A stretch of 64,000 nucleotides of DNA from the NCBI GenBank assembly GCA_963707215.1, contig CAVPPB010000003.1, positions 736,001 through 800,000 of the forward strand, in the 5' to 3' direction. Under the pieces are notes generated by a model. The model saw only the letters and a program-made list of their open reading frames with translations, ran no database searches and was not told the DNA's origin. This DNA is from an uncultured Chloroflexia bacterium (GTDB lineage: Bacteria > Chloroflexota > Limnocylindria > Limnocylindrales > CSP1-4). The position numbers were made by a program, and so were the translations under genes. Of the stretch, positions 6,974 to 17,300 are shown in pieces (the stretch's first letter is position 1; each line of letters opens with the position of its first letter).

Positions 6974-9921
6974 CAGCCCTCGGGCACCTCGAGCTCGCCC
7001 GGATCGGCGAACGCAGTCGTCCCGCGCTGGGCCCCGGCCAGCGACTGGGCCTCCTTGTAGACGCCGATCGCGTCGTCGACGCACATGACGACGAGGTCGC
7101 CGGGCACGGCCCGCCGCAGGGCTGCCCGGGCGGCCGTCAGCTCGTCGAGGATCGTCTCGGCTCGACTCGCCCGGGAAGTCCCGGCGTCGCGGGCCCGACG
7201 GGTCCCGGTCACCACGTTCCCGGCGCTCTCGCCCGGCTTGCGGCCCCGGAGGTTGCGGTCCTCGCGGACGACGATCTCGTCGAAGGCGCCCGCGGCGAGC
7301 TCGCCATAGGTGACCTGGTCGTCGTCGAGTCGGTCGCCGGGGATCCCGATGACGCCGATGGCCCGGCCCGTCCGACCCGGCTTCGCCTCGGCGACGCCCC
7401 GGGCGGTCGGCGGTCCGTCGGGCTCCTCCATCATCCGGGTCACGAAATCCGAGAGCTGGCGCATGCCGTCGACGTTGTGGCAGTAGTCGATGATCACGCG
7501 GACGCCGCCGACCTCGAGGAGGTTGAGCCGGCCCGGCGCCTGGAAGAACGACGTGGTGAAGGTTCGCAGCCCCTGGCGGATGTCGTGGAGGTGAGCGCCC
7601 GACGCCCAGGCGGCAGCCGCGGCCGCGAGGGCGTTGGCGACGTTCATCCGGGCCCGGCCGCCGAACGTCGCCGGGATCAGGTGGGTGTAGAGGACCGGCA
7701 TCGTGCGGGGGCCTAGGCGCAGGACGACGAGCTCGCCCTCGGGAGTCCGCTGGAGGCAGAACGCAGCGCCGCCCCGGCCGAGGTGCCCGTCCACGCGGTC
7801 ATAGCCGTCCTCGCCCTTCCCGGTCTGCATCGAGAAGAGGACGACCCGACCCGACGAGTGGCGGGCCATCCGGGCGACCAGCGGGTCGTCGGCGTTGAGG
7901 ACGGCCGTGCCCGAGCGCGGGACCGCTTCGACGATGACGGCCTTGACGTTGGCCAGCTGGCCGAGCGAGGTGATCCCGCCCAGGCCGAGGTGGTCGCCGG
8001 TGACATTCGTGACGACGGCCACGTCGTTGCGGTCGTAGCCCAGGCCCTCGCGGAGGATGCCGCCCCGGGCGACCTCGAAGACGGCCGTGTCCACGGTCGG
8101 GTTCTGGAGGACCATCTGGGCCGACTTCGGGCCCGACATGTCGCCGCGCTTGATCATCCGGCCGTCGACGACGATGCCATCGGTCGAGGTCATGCCGACC
8201 CGCCGGCCCATCAGCTTGAGGATGTGCGCGAGCATCCGGACGGTCGTGGTCTTGCCGTTCGTCCCGGTCACCGCAAGGATCGGGATGCGGGCCGGCTTCC
8301 CGGGCGGGAAGAGCAGATCCATGACCGGGCGGGCCACGTACTGCGGCTCGCCCTCGGTCGGGTGGGTGTGCATCCGGAAGCCGGGCGCGGCGTTGACCTC
8401 GACGATCGCGCCTCCGGTCTCGCGGACCGGCGTGGCGATGTCGGGGCAGATGAAGTCGATGCCGGCGACGTCGAGGCCCACGACCCTGGCCGCGGTCTCG
8501 GCGATCTCGACATTGTCGGGATGGGACTCCATCGTCCGGTCGATCGAGGTGCCGCCGGTCGACATGTTCCCGGTCAGGGCAAGCTTGATCCAGGCCTCCT
8601 TGGGCGGGATCCCGTCGATGGCGAAGCCCTGGGCGGCGACCAGCTCCTCGGCCCGCTCGTCGACGGCGATCTTCGTCAGGACCTTCTCGTGGCCGATGCC
8701 GCGACGGGGATCGGCATTGGCGATGTCGACGAGCTCCCGGACGGTGTGGATGCCGTCGCCGGTCACCGAAGCCGGGACACGCTCGGCCACGGCCGCCACC
8801 CTGCCCCCGATGACCAGGACCCGGTAGTCGGCACCGGCGACGTAGCTCTCGACGACGACGTCCCCGGAACGGCTCTGGCGGAGCGACTCCGGGAAGGCGG
8901 CCCGGACGTCGGCCTCGGAGCGCAGGTCGAGGGCCACCCCACGACCGTGGTTGCCGTCGAGCGGCTTGGTCACGCAGGGGTAGCCGATCCGCTCCGCCGC
9001 CGCGACGGCCTCGTCCGCCGTCTCCACGACGACGGCCCGCGGGACCGGCAGGCCGGCCGAGTCGAGAAGCTTGTTGGTCAGGCTCTTGTCGGAGGCGATG
9101 TCGACAGCGATCGCCGGCGTCCGCGAGGTCATCGTCGCCCGGATCCGCTGCTGGTGGACCCCCTGGCCGAGCTGCACCAGGCTGTAGCGATCGAGGCGGA
9201 TGTAGGGGATGTCGCGGCTGACGGCCTCGTCGATCAGGGCCTGGGTCGACGGGCCGAAGGCCTGCCGCTCGGCCAGCCGGATGAGGCGCTCGAGCTCGCT
9301 CCCGAAGTCGAAGTCGGAGGCCGACGGGTCCACCAGGTGGTTGACCAGGCCGACCGCCACCCTGCCAGCCTGCAGGCCGACGTTCTCCTCGCGGTACTCG
9401 TAGATGACGTTGTACTGGCCGGTCGGTCCGGCGCCGCGGGTCTTGCCGTGGCGGACGTCGGTCCCGGCGAGGTTCTGGAGCTCCAGAGCGACGTGCTCGG
9501 CGACGTGGCCGGCCCAGGTGCCGTCGCGGAGCCGGGTCAGGAAGCCGCCCCGCCGACCCAGCGAGCAGGCGTGGTCCTCGAGGCTCGGTAGGAGCTCGAC
9601 GAGGGTATCCACGAAGCCGGGGATCCGATCCGACGGGTACTCCTCCAGCGATCCGAGGTCGACGAGCATCCGGACCACCGGCTGGCGCGACCAGTAGTTG
9701 GCCCCGCGGAGGACCCGCGTCTCGAGGATCCGCAGGTCGGGCCGCGGACCGGCCGGGGCCTTGGGCCGCTTCGAGGCCCGGGAACGCGTCGCCGCCGGGG
9801 CCTTCGCCGCCCGTGCCTTGGGCGTCGCGCCCTTGCCGGCTGGCTCCCGCTCGGTGCCGCCGGTTCCCGCCTTGGCATCGGTCGACGCGGACCTGGATGA
9901 CCGGGCGGCGCGTTGGGCCAC
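6973..9921 (-). CDS. cphA: cyanophycin synthetase CphA1
   Basis: N domain with Cx19HxxEH; G domain FGPST, KPLDGNHGRGV, DPRRGIGHEKVLT, EVNAAPGFRMH; M domain VTGTNGKTT, EVARGGILREGL, PGRLN. Confidence 0.97.
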   Translation of the reverse strand: MAQRAARSSRSASTDAKAGTGGTEREPAGKGATPKARAAKAPAATRSRASKRPKAPAGPRPDLRILETRVLRGANYWSRQPVVRMLVDLGSLEEYPSDRIPGFVDTLVELLPSLEDHACSLGRRGGFLTRLRDGTWAGHVAEHVALELQNLAGTDVRHGKTRGAGPTGQYNVIYEYREENVGLQAGRVAVGLVNHLVDPSASDFDFGSELERLIRLAERQAFGPSTQALIDEAVSRDIPYIRLDRYSLVQLGQGVHQQRIRATMTSRTPAIAVDIASDKSLTNKLLDSAGLPVPRAVVVETADEAVAAAERIGYPCVTKPLDGNHGRGVALDLRSEADVRAAFPESLRQSRSGDVVVESYVAGADYRVLVIGGRVAAVAERVPASVTGDGIHTVRELVDIANADPRRGIGHEKVLTKIAVDERAEELVAAQGFAIDGIPPKEAWIKLALTGNMSTGGTSIDRTMESHPDNVEIAETAARVVGLDVAGIDFICPDIATPVRETGGAIVEVNAAPGFRMHTHPTEGEPQYVARPVMDLLFPPGKPARIPILAVTGTNGKTTTVRMLAHILKLMGRRVGMTSTDGIVVDGRMIKRGDMSGPKSAQMVLQNPTVDTAVFEVARGGILREGLGYDRNDVAVVTNVTGDHLGLGGITSLGQLANVKAVIVEAVPRSGTAVLNADDPLVARMARHSSGRVVLFSMQTGKGEDGYDRVDGHLGRGGAAFCLQRTPEGELVVLRLGPRTMPVLYTHLIPATFGGRARMNVANALAAAAAAWASGAHLHDIRQGLRTFTTSFFQAPGRLNLLEVGGVRVIIDYCHNVDGMRQLSDFVTRMMEEPDGPPTARGVAEAKPGRTGRAIGVIGIPGDRLDDDQVTYGELAAGAFDEIVVREDRNLRGRKPGESAGNVVTGTRRARDAGTSRASRAETILDELTAARAALRRAVPGDLVVMCVDDAIGVYKEAQSLAGAQRGTTAFADPGELEVPEG

Positions 9922-9962
9922 GGGCCTGCTCCCTCCTCGTCCGGCCGTCGGGGGCGGCCGGA

Positions 9963-10799
9963 TCAGCTCTCGGCGGCCTCCACCCCGGCCGCCGTCCGAA
10001 GAGTGGGGGTCGCGATCCGCTGGCGTCGGACCAGGTCGAAACGATAACCGGCCGGCAGCGAGTGGAGGACGACGTTGCTCACCATGACCGGCCGGTGCCC
10101 GCGGACGTCCCAGGCGTCGGTCTCGGAGGCCGACCCATCCACGACCGTGACGCTGCCCCGGCCGATGACCTCCAGGACATGGTCCGGGCCGACGACGCCG
10201 GCCGTGTCCTCGTCGACTCCCAGCCCCAGCAGGCTGGGGTTCTGGGCGATCAGGCTCAGCAACCGGCCCAGCCGGTTCCGCTGCTGGAAGTGCTGGTCGA
10301 CGATCACCCCGGGCAGCACCCCGAGCCCGACCGCGATCTGGGCCATCCGCTGCTTCGGCGTCCCGCCGGAGGTGCCGAAGGCGATCATGTGGCTGCTCAT
10401 CGCCGAGGCTCCCGCGGAGGTCCCCGCGACGACGTTGCCTGCTCGATGGGACTCCAGGATCGCCGCCGCGAGGCGGGTGGCGCCCAGCGTCGCCGAGAGC
10501 TTCAGCTGGTTGCCGCCGGTCAGGAAGACGCCGGTCGAGGCCCCGACCAGGGCGACGGCGGCCTCGTCGTCGGCCTCGGCTCGGGTCGTCGCGTGGATCG
10601 GATGGACACGACGGACACCGAGATCACCGAAGACCTCCCGGTAGCGCTCGGCCGCCTCGACCCCCAGCGACGAGGCCGTGCTGATGACCGCGATCTCGGC
10701 CCGCGGGCCACCGGCCAGCGCCACGAAGCGCTGGAGGATGACACGGTCGCGGAACCTGTCCTCCGCGCCCCCGATGACGATGACGGTGCCGTCGGCCAC
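9963..10799 (-). CDS. cphB: cyanophycinase (peptidase S51)
   Basis: IGGAED, TGGNQ, GTSAGA (catalytic Ser), DQHFQQRNRLGRL, GVDEDT; immediately upstream of cphA. Confidence 0.95.
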   Translation of the reverse strand: MADGTVIVIGGAEDRFRDRVILQRFVALAGGPRAEIAVISTASSLGVEAAERYREVFGDLGVRRVHPIHATTRAEADDEAAVALVGASTGVFLTGGNQLKLSATLGATRLAAAILESHRAGNVVAGTSAGASAMSSHMIAFGTSGGTPKQRMAQIAVGLGVLPGVIVDQHFQQRNRLGRLLSLIAQNPSLLGLGVDEDTAGVVGPDHVLEVIGRGSVTVVDGSASETDAWDVRGHRPVMVSNVVLHSLPAGYRFDLVRRQRIATPTLRTAAGVEAAES

Positions 10800-10926
10800 G
10801 ACCCGGCGAGCCCTCCCGAACGTTCGCGTGAGGATAGCAAACGGGCCGGAGCCCGCCGGCGAGGCCCCGCGGGGATGACCCGGCGGAGGCGGTCGCGCCC
10901 GGCAGGGTGGACCGCCGACGGCCGGT

Positions 10927-13017
10927 TCAGTGGATCGGGCCGACCGCCTGGTCCAGCGAGGCGCCCCGGAACTCCGACGTGTCCACGAGGCGATGGATCC
11001 TGCTGAGCAGCTCGCGGGCGCTGGCGGGCTTGACCAGGTAGTCGCTGCAGCCGATCGCCTCGGCCTCGGCGATGTCGGCCGCGCTCGAGTTGGCACTGAC
11101 GATCACGATAGGGACGTCGAGGCCGGCCGAGCGGACCTGGCGCGCCAGCTCCAGGCCGCTCCCATCGCCGAGGCCGACGTCGAGCACGATGATGCCGGGC
11201 GTGGACAGCTGGAGCGCCTCTTGGGCAGCCGCCAGGCTCGCCGCCTGCTGGACCTCGTAGCCGGCGCTCGAGAGGACATCGGTGACGAGCTCACGGGCCG
11301 TCGCGTCGTCTTCGACCACCAGGACCGGCACGGACCCCGGCGGCGGAGCGGGCGGCAGTGGCATGATCCGGATCGAGCGGTCGCGCGGCGACGCGATCCG
11401 GACCCCCGGCAGCGAGACGACGAAGGTGCTGCCGATCCCGTACGTGCTGGAAACGTCGATCGAGCCGCCGTGGAGCTCGCAGAGCCGCCGGGCGATCGCC
11501 AGACCCAGCCCCGTGCCGGAAGAGGTCGAGCCCAAACGCTCGAAGGGCTCGAAGACGCGGTCGAGGCTCTCAGCCGGGATGCCGACCCCGGTGTCGTGGA
11601 CGGCGATCCGGACGTCCGCTTCGTCGATGGACGAGTCGATCCAGACGCGCCCACCGGGGGCCGTGAACTTGATCGCGTTGGTCACTAGATTGAGCAGCAC
11701 CTGCCGGAGGCGGAGTGGATCCACCAGGACCCTGGCCTCGGTACGGTCCACCGCCGCCAGCTCGACGCCACGATCGCGAGCGACCGGGGCGGCGGCATCC
11801 ACGGCCTCGAGGATCAGGGCCTGGAGCTCGATCGGCTCGGGGTGCAGCTCAAGGTGGCCCGAGTTGATCCGGGCGAGGTCCACGACGTCGTCGATGAGGC
11901 CCAGGAGGTGCTTGCCGCTGGCGTGGATCTTGGTGCCCAGCTCGCGCATCCGATCCTCGGTCAGGGCGCCGAGCGCGGGATCGCTGACGAGCTCGGCCGC
12001 GATCAGGATCGAGTGCACCGGCGTGCGCAGCTCGTGGCTGACCGTGGCCAGGAATCGGAGGCGCTGCTGCGCCCCCTGCTCGAGCTCGGCGTTGAGGCGG
12101 TCGAGCTCCTCGACGAGGCGGGTCATCCGGCCGTGGATCCGGGCGTTGACCAGGGCGCCTGCGGCGTGCGCCGCGAGGGCGATGGCGAGCTCGCGATCCG
12201 CGTCATCGAACTCCGCCCGGCCGACCTTGTTGGCGAAGTAGAGCCTGGCCAGCATCTCGCCGTCCTTGACGACCGGGACCCCGAGGAACGACGTCATGAC
12301 CGGGTGGCCTCTCGGCACGCCGACGGATGCCTGGTGAGCCCGGAGGTCGGCCAGCATCACCGGACCGCTGTCGGCGGTGATCAGCCCGAGCACGCCCCTG
12401 CCGACCGGGAGCGGCCCCATCCGCTCGACGGTCTCGGGCTCGATGCCCTGGTGCAGGAACCGGTCGGTCGCCCCCTCGTCGCCGACGACGAGCATCGCGG
12501 CGTACTGGGCGCCCATGATCGACCGCGCCATCGTCAGGATGAGGTCGTGCACCTGCGCGGGCTCCCGGACGTCGGCCAGGGCGAGCATCGCCGAGCGGAT
12601 CCTGGATTCAGAGTCGCGGGCCCCGTCGATGACGGACTGCAGCGGGCCTCGATCGATGACGGTGACGAGCAGGGCGTCCGGTCCTGCGAGGGGCCGCTCC
12701 GGTCCGCCGGGCCGATCGTGCCACGGCCGCACGAGCAGACAGACGGGCATCGCGCGACCATCCGGGGCGACCATCCGGCACTCCACGTCGACGGCATCGG
12801 ACCGGCCGGCGAGGACCGCGCGCGCCCGTTCGACGATGCCAGGCGCGTCGCCGGGATCGAGCGCCCCGGCCAGGGACCGAACCTTGAGAACGCCAAGGTC
12901 CATGCCGACCAGCTCTCCGAACGGAGGGTTCGCGTGGACCCACCGGAGATCTCGGTCCAGCACCGCCATCGCCAGTGGGACGGCGTCGACCAGGTCGCGG
13001 ATGTGCTCGGATCCCAT
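10927..13017 (-). CDS. hybrid sensor histidine kinase (PAS-GAF-HisKA-HATPase-REC)
   Basis: PAS-like start; DosS-like GAF (GRGVLG...GHPVMTSFLGVP); SHELRTP H-box; NLVTNAIKFT, DTGVGI, GTGLGL; C-terminal receiver (VVEDD, LD, KP). Start uncertain (13017-13248). Confidence 0.9.
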   Translation of the reverse strand: MGSEHIRDLVDAVPLAMAVLDRDLRWVHANPPFGELVGMDLGVLKVRSLAGALDPGDAPGIVERARAVLAGRSDAVDVECRMVAPDGRAMPVCLLVRPWHDRPGGPERPLAGPDALLVTVIDRGPLQSVIDGARDSESRIRSAMLALADVREPAQVHDLILTMARSIMGAQYAAMLVVGDEGATDRFLHQGIEPETVERMGPLPVGRGVLGLITADSGPVMLADLRAHQASVGVPRGHPVMTSFLGVPVVKDGEMLARLYFANKVGRAEFDDADRELAIALAAHAAGALVNARIHGRMTRLVEELDRLNAELEQGAQQRLRFLATVSHELRTPVHSILIAAELVSDPALGALTEDRMRELGTKIHASGKHLLGLIDDVVDLARINSGHLELHPEPIELQALILEAVDAAAPVARDRGVELAAVDRTEARVLVDPLRLRQVLLNLVTNAIKFTAPGGRVWIDSSIDEADVRIAVHDTGVGIPAESLDRVFEPFERLGSTSSGTGLGLAIARRLCELHGGSIDVSSTYGIGSTFVVSLPGVRIASPRDRSIRIMPLPPAPPPGSVPVLVVEDDATARELVTDVLSSAGYEVQQAASLAAAQEALQLSTPGIIVLDVGLGDGSGLELARQVRSAGLDVPIVIVSANSSAADIAEAEAIGCSDYLVKPASARELLSRIHRLVDTSEFRGASLDQAVGPIH

Positions 13018-13365
13018 GTGCCGCCCAGGCCCTCTCCGCTCCAAGCCCGGCGGGATCGCCGGGGGACGCGCGCCGGTCGGGCGATTGTGCTCGTTGGAAC
13101 CGAGGGCGTCTACCCGCATCCGGGGGGTCTCCGGGCCGGGGTGCCGCTCCGGGTGCAGGGGACGGCCTGCTGCATTCGCGGGGCCGCTCCATCGGCTGCT
13201 GCGTGCGGCGCCCGTTGACGGCGCCGGTATGGTTGAGGCTCGGCTCACCGCTGCCGTGCCGGATGTGGTTCCCAGGGTACGTGCCCGCCCGGGGAGGACC
13301 GACCGGCGCTCGGGGAGGGGCGGGGTCGATCATGGGCCTGCGTCTTCCGGGGGAGGAGGACGAGG

Positions 13366-14163
13366 ATGGCAGGGGGTGTCTTCGGCCGACCCGAGATCGG
13401 CTCGACCGGTCCGCACGTAGAGGAGCGGGCCGCGCCGGTCCCGGGCGGGGCGCGCTCGAGCAGCGCCACCGGTCCGGTCCGCCCACCCGAGACGGCTCCG
13501 GCGAGCCCGATCCGGGTGATGGTGGTGGATGATCACCTGGCGTTCGCGGAGGCGCTGGCCATGGTCATCACCGCGCGCCCGGATCTCGACTGCCCGGTCA
13601 TCGCGACGTCGATCACCGACGGCCTGCGGGCCGCGGAGCGCGAGGCCCCGGACGTGATCCTGCTCGACGTGCTGCTCCCGGACGGCGACGGCGTCGACGC
13701 GATCGACCGGTTCCGCGACGCCGCGCCCGGTACCCGGATCCTGGTGCTGACCGGCCACATGGACCTCGACGTGCTGACGCGAGCCGCGGCCTCGGGGGCA
13801 AGCGGCTTCCTCCAGAAGGAGAGCAACGTCGAGGCGATCGTCCGGGCCATCCGGGCGGCACGGGACGGCACGATCCTCGTCGAGCAGGCGACGCTGACCT
13901 CGATCCTCGGCCGGGTCCGCCAGGGCGCCGCCTCGGCCGGGGCGGCGGACGACCGTCCCCACCTGACCGCCCGCGAGATGGACGTCCTCGCCCTGATGGG
14001 CGAGGGGCTCGACCCGCACGCCATCGCCCAGCTGCTCGAGATCAGCCTCAATACCTGTCGTGGCTACCAGAAGAGCCTCATGGCCAAGCTGGACGCCCAC
14101 AGCCAGCTCGAGGCCGTCGTGATCGCCACGCGCCGAGGGATCATCCAGCCGCCCAAGAGCTGA
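13366..14163 (+). CDS. NarL/FixJ family response regulator (REC + LuxR HTH)
   Basis: VVDDH, LLDVLLPDGDG, GASGFLQK, LTAREMDVL..G....IA..L.IS..T; GGAGGA RBS upstream. Confidence 0.92.
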   Translation: MAGGVFGRPEIGSTGPHVEERAAPVPGGARSSSATGPVRPPETAPASPIRVMVVDDHLAFAEALAMVITARPDLDCPVIATSITDGLRAAEREAPDVILLDVLLPDGDGVDAIDRFRDAAPGTRILVLTGHMDLDVLTRAAASGASGFLQKESNVEAIVRAIRAARDGTILVEQATLTSILGRVRQGAASAGAADDRPHLTAREMDVLALMGEGLDPHAIAQLLEISLNTCRGYQKSLMAKLDAHSQLEAVVIATRRGIIQPPKS

Positions 14164-14216
14164 CCCGGCACCGGCCGGTGACCCGGCCGTCGCGCCGGCG
14201 CCGGGCCGCCCGCGTC

Positions 14217-14236
14217 GACCCCCAAGACTGGGGGTC
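14217..14236. promoter_or_regulatory. perfect inverted repeat GACCCCCA-AGAC-TGGGGGTC, candidate response-regulator operator
   Basis: 8-bp perfect dyad with 4-nt spacer between the regulator and the oxidase gene; no U-tract follows. Confidence 0.45.
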
Positions 14237-14352
14237 TCGCCCCTCCAGTTGCGGGCTCGTCGCCCGGTCCATCGACCCCGACCATAGTCGCGTCCGCCCG
14301 TGGAGGGAACGTGGCGGTGGAGGATGACCGGTCCGGTCGAGGAGGGAAATCG

Positions 14353-17300
14353 ATGGACCGCTTGCGCGCTGTGCCTGTGCGCGCCGTGCGTGCACGAGCA
14401 CGGGCGGCCGCGCCGCCCGACCCCCGTCGTCGCCGGTCCGCCGCAACGGCTCCGATGTCACGGTCGATCCGGCCGCTGGCGTTCCTGGTGGCCGCCGTGG
14501 CGATCGCGCTCGGAGGGATCGGCACCGCCCACGAGTACCACCACGAGCTCCACGAGCACCACGAGCTGCCCCCCATCCTCCACTTCGGTCGTGACGCCGC
14601 GCTCGCCCTCCCGTTCGCGGTCGTCGCGGTCCTGGCCGCGACCGTCCTCTGCCTTGCCGTCCTCCGTCACGGCCGCAGCGCCGCCACCTCGATCGGTCTG
14701 CGCCTCCTCTGGGCGCTGAGCGCCGCCGGCGTCTTCGCCGCCCTCAGCATCCCGGGCAACGAGCTCCACGGGCGCCTGTTCGCCGCCGAGCACACCCTCG
14801 AGCTCGGCTGGCTGGAGCACGCCCTGCGTGATGCCGGCTTCGTCTTCGCCGGCTCCGCGATCGCCGCCGCCCTCGTCGCCGTGACGATCGGCCCACCGTG
14901 GCCGACCCGTCGCCTGGCGGCCTGGCCGCGCGCCTCGAGGCCCAGCGCCGGCCTCCTCGTCCCCGTCGCCCGGAGAGTGGGCGCGGCGTTCCTGGGCCTC
15001 GCGGTCCTGGCCTCGCCGATGCTGCCCTTCCCCACTCCCGCGTTCGTGCCGCCGGTCGAGGCGGTCGAGCCCGGGGTGGCGGCCGAGTGCGTCCGCACCG
15101 TCACGGCCGACGTCGTGGCGCTGGACCAGCCCTTCTACTACAACCGGCTGGGCGCCATCAACGCCAACGGCATGATCTACGCGCTCGCCCGGGACGTGGT
15201 CGTGAACGCCGGCGTCGCCGGCCTCGCCGGTCGCCCGCTGAGCGAGCTGACCGATGCCGAGCGGGAGACCGTAGACGGCCAGGTCTCGCTCCGAGCGGAC
15301 AAGCGACCTCGGCCGCTGACCCTCCGGGTGAATGAGGGGGACTGCCTGGCGATCCACTTCACGAACCTGCTGGACCCCGTCGGGTTCATCTTCGACCTGC
15401 CGGCCGACTTCCCGACGGACCCGATCCTGGGCCTCGGCGTACCGATCAACCAGCAGGTCGACAACCAGCCGCTCACCCGCGTGGCGTCGATCCATGTCGA
15501 CGGCCTGGAGCTGGTGAACGGCATCGCCGACGACGGTTCGCGCGTGGGCCGGAACCCCGCTGGCAGCAGTGTCGTCGCGCCCGGCTTCAGCACCGACTAC
15601 ACCTACTACGCCCCGGACAAGGGCACCCACCTGCTCTACAGCATGGGCACGACCCTCGGCGCGGAAGGCGACGGCGGGACTCGCTCCTACGGGCTGTTCG
15701 GAGCGGTCAACGTCGAGCCAGGCCCGACGGGCACCTTCCCCGGCTCGCTCTGGTACCGCAGCCAGTTGACCCGCCAGGAGATGGACTGGGCCACGCCTCC
15801 CGAGACGTTCACCGACTGGAACGCCAACGGGACCTGGGACGCCGGCATCGCCGAGCCCCTGACCGACTGGAACGAGAACGGGGTCCAGGACAACGGCATC
15901 GCCGAGCCCCTGACCGACTGGAACGAGAACGGGGTCCAGGACAACGGCATCGCCGAGCCCCTGACCGACTGGAACGAGAACGGGGTCCAGGACAACGGCA
16001 TCGCCGAGCCCTTCACCGACGTCGATGGCGGCACCCCTGGCGTGTACGACCTGGGCGAGCCGTTCACCGACTGGAACGAGAGCGGGGCCTGGGACGCCAG
16101 CGTCGACGAGCCGTTCACCGACTGGAACGAGAGCGGGGCCTGGGACGCCAGCGTCGACGAGCCGTTCACCGACTGGAACGAGAGCGGGGCCTGGGACGCC
16201 AGCGTCGACGAGCCGTTCACCGACTGGAACGAGAGCGGGGCCTGGGACGCCAGCGTCGACGAGCCGCTCGTCGACACGAACGGCGACGGGATCTGGAACG
16301 CCCACCAGGCGACCCCGGGCGGCCAGCCGATCCTCGACTACTTCGCGACGTACCCGCTGGAGGCCGGGCCGGCGAAGGCGGGCCTGCCGATCCTCAGCAT
16401 CCTCACGCCCGACCTGGAGATCATCCACTCGGACCTCAACGCGATCGTCGACGACCGCGGCTTCCCGTACCCGGACAACCAGGCCTACCCCAACCGCGGC
16501 GAGGAGCCGTTCCGCGAGTTCACGGTGATCTTCCACGACGAAGGCGTGGGGGTTCAGGCGTTCCCCGGCTTCTACAACGACCCGGTCCTGCGCCACACCC
16601 TCCACGGCGTCGTGGACGCCTTCCCGATCAACTACGGGTCGGGCGGCATCGGTTCGGAGATCATCGCCAACCGGCTCGGCGTGGGTCCGATGTGGGACTG
16701 CGCCGAGTGCAAGTACGAGGAGTTCTTCCTCACCTCGTTCACGGTCGGCGACCCGGCCATGATCGTCGACGTCCCGGCGAACACGACCGACGCCGCGGGC
16801 GCCATCATCCCCGGCCCCAAGGCCACCAAGGCCCTCTTCCCCGACGATCCGTCGAACGTCCACCACGCTTACCTGGGCGACCGGGTGGTGTTCCGCAACC
16901 TGCACGCCGGGCCCAAGGAGCACCACATCTTCCACCTGCACGCCCACCAGTGGCAGTTCAACCCGGACGACCCACAGTCGAACTACCTCGACGGCCAGGC
17001 GGTCGGGCCGGGCTCCGGCTACACCTACGAGATCGCCTATGGCGGGTCGGGCAACCGGAACCTCACCCCGGGCGACTCGATCTTCCACTGCCACTTCTAC
17101 CCGCACTTCGCCCAGGGCATGTGGGAGCTCTGGCGGGTCCACGACACCTTCGAGCCCGGGACGCTCATGGAGACCGACCCGACCGACGGCCTGCCGTGGC
17201 CGGCTGATGGCGCGCGCGCCCTGCCGGACGGGGAGATCGTCCGCGGTACGCCCATCCCGGGCGTGGTCCCGATGCCCGGGACGCCGATGGCGCCGATCCC

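Noticed and set aside
15844-16260. CRISPR array
   Set aside because: Units are contiguous 51-bp in-frame coding repeats with no unique spacers, and no cas genes are present.
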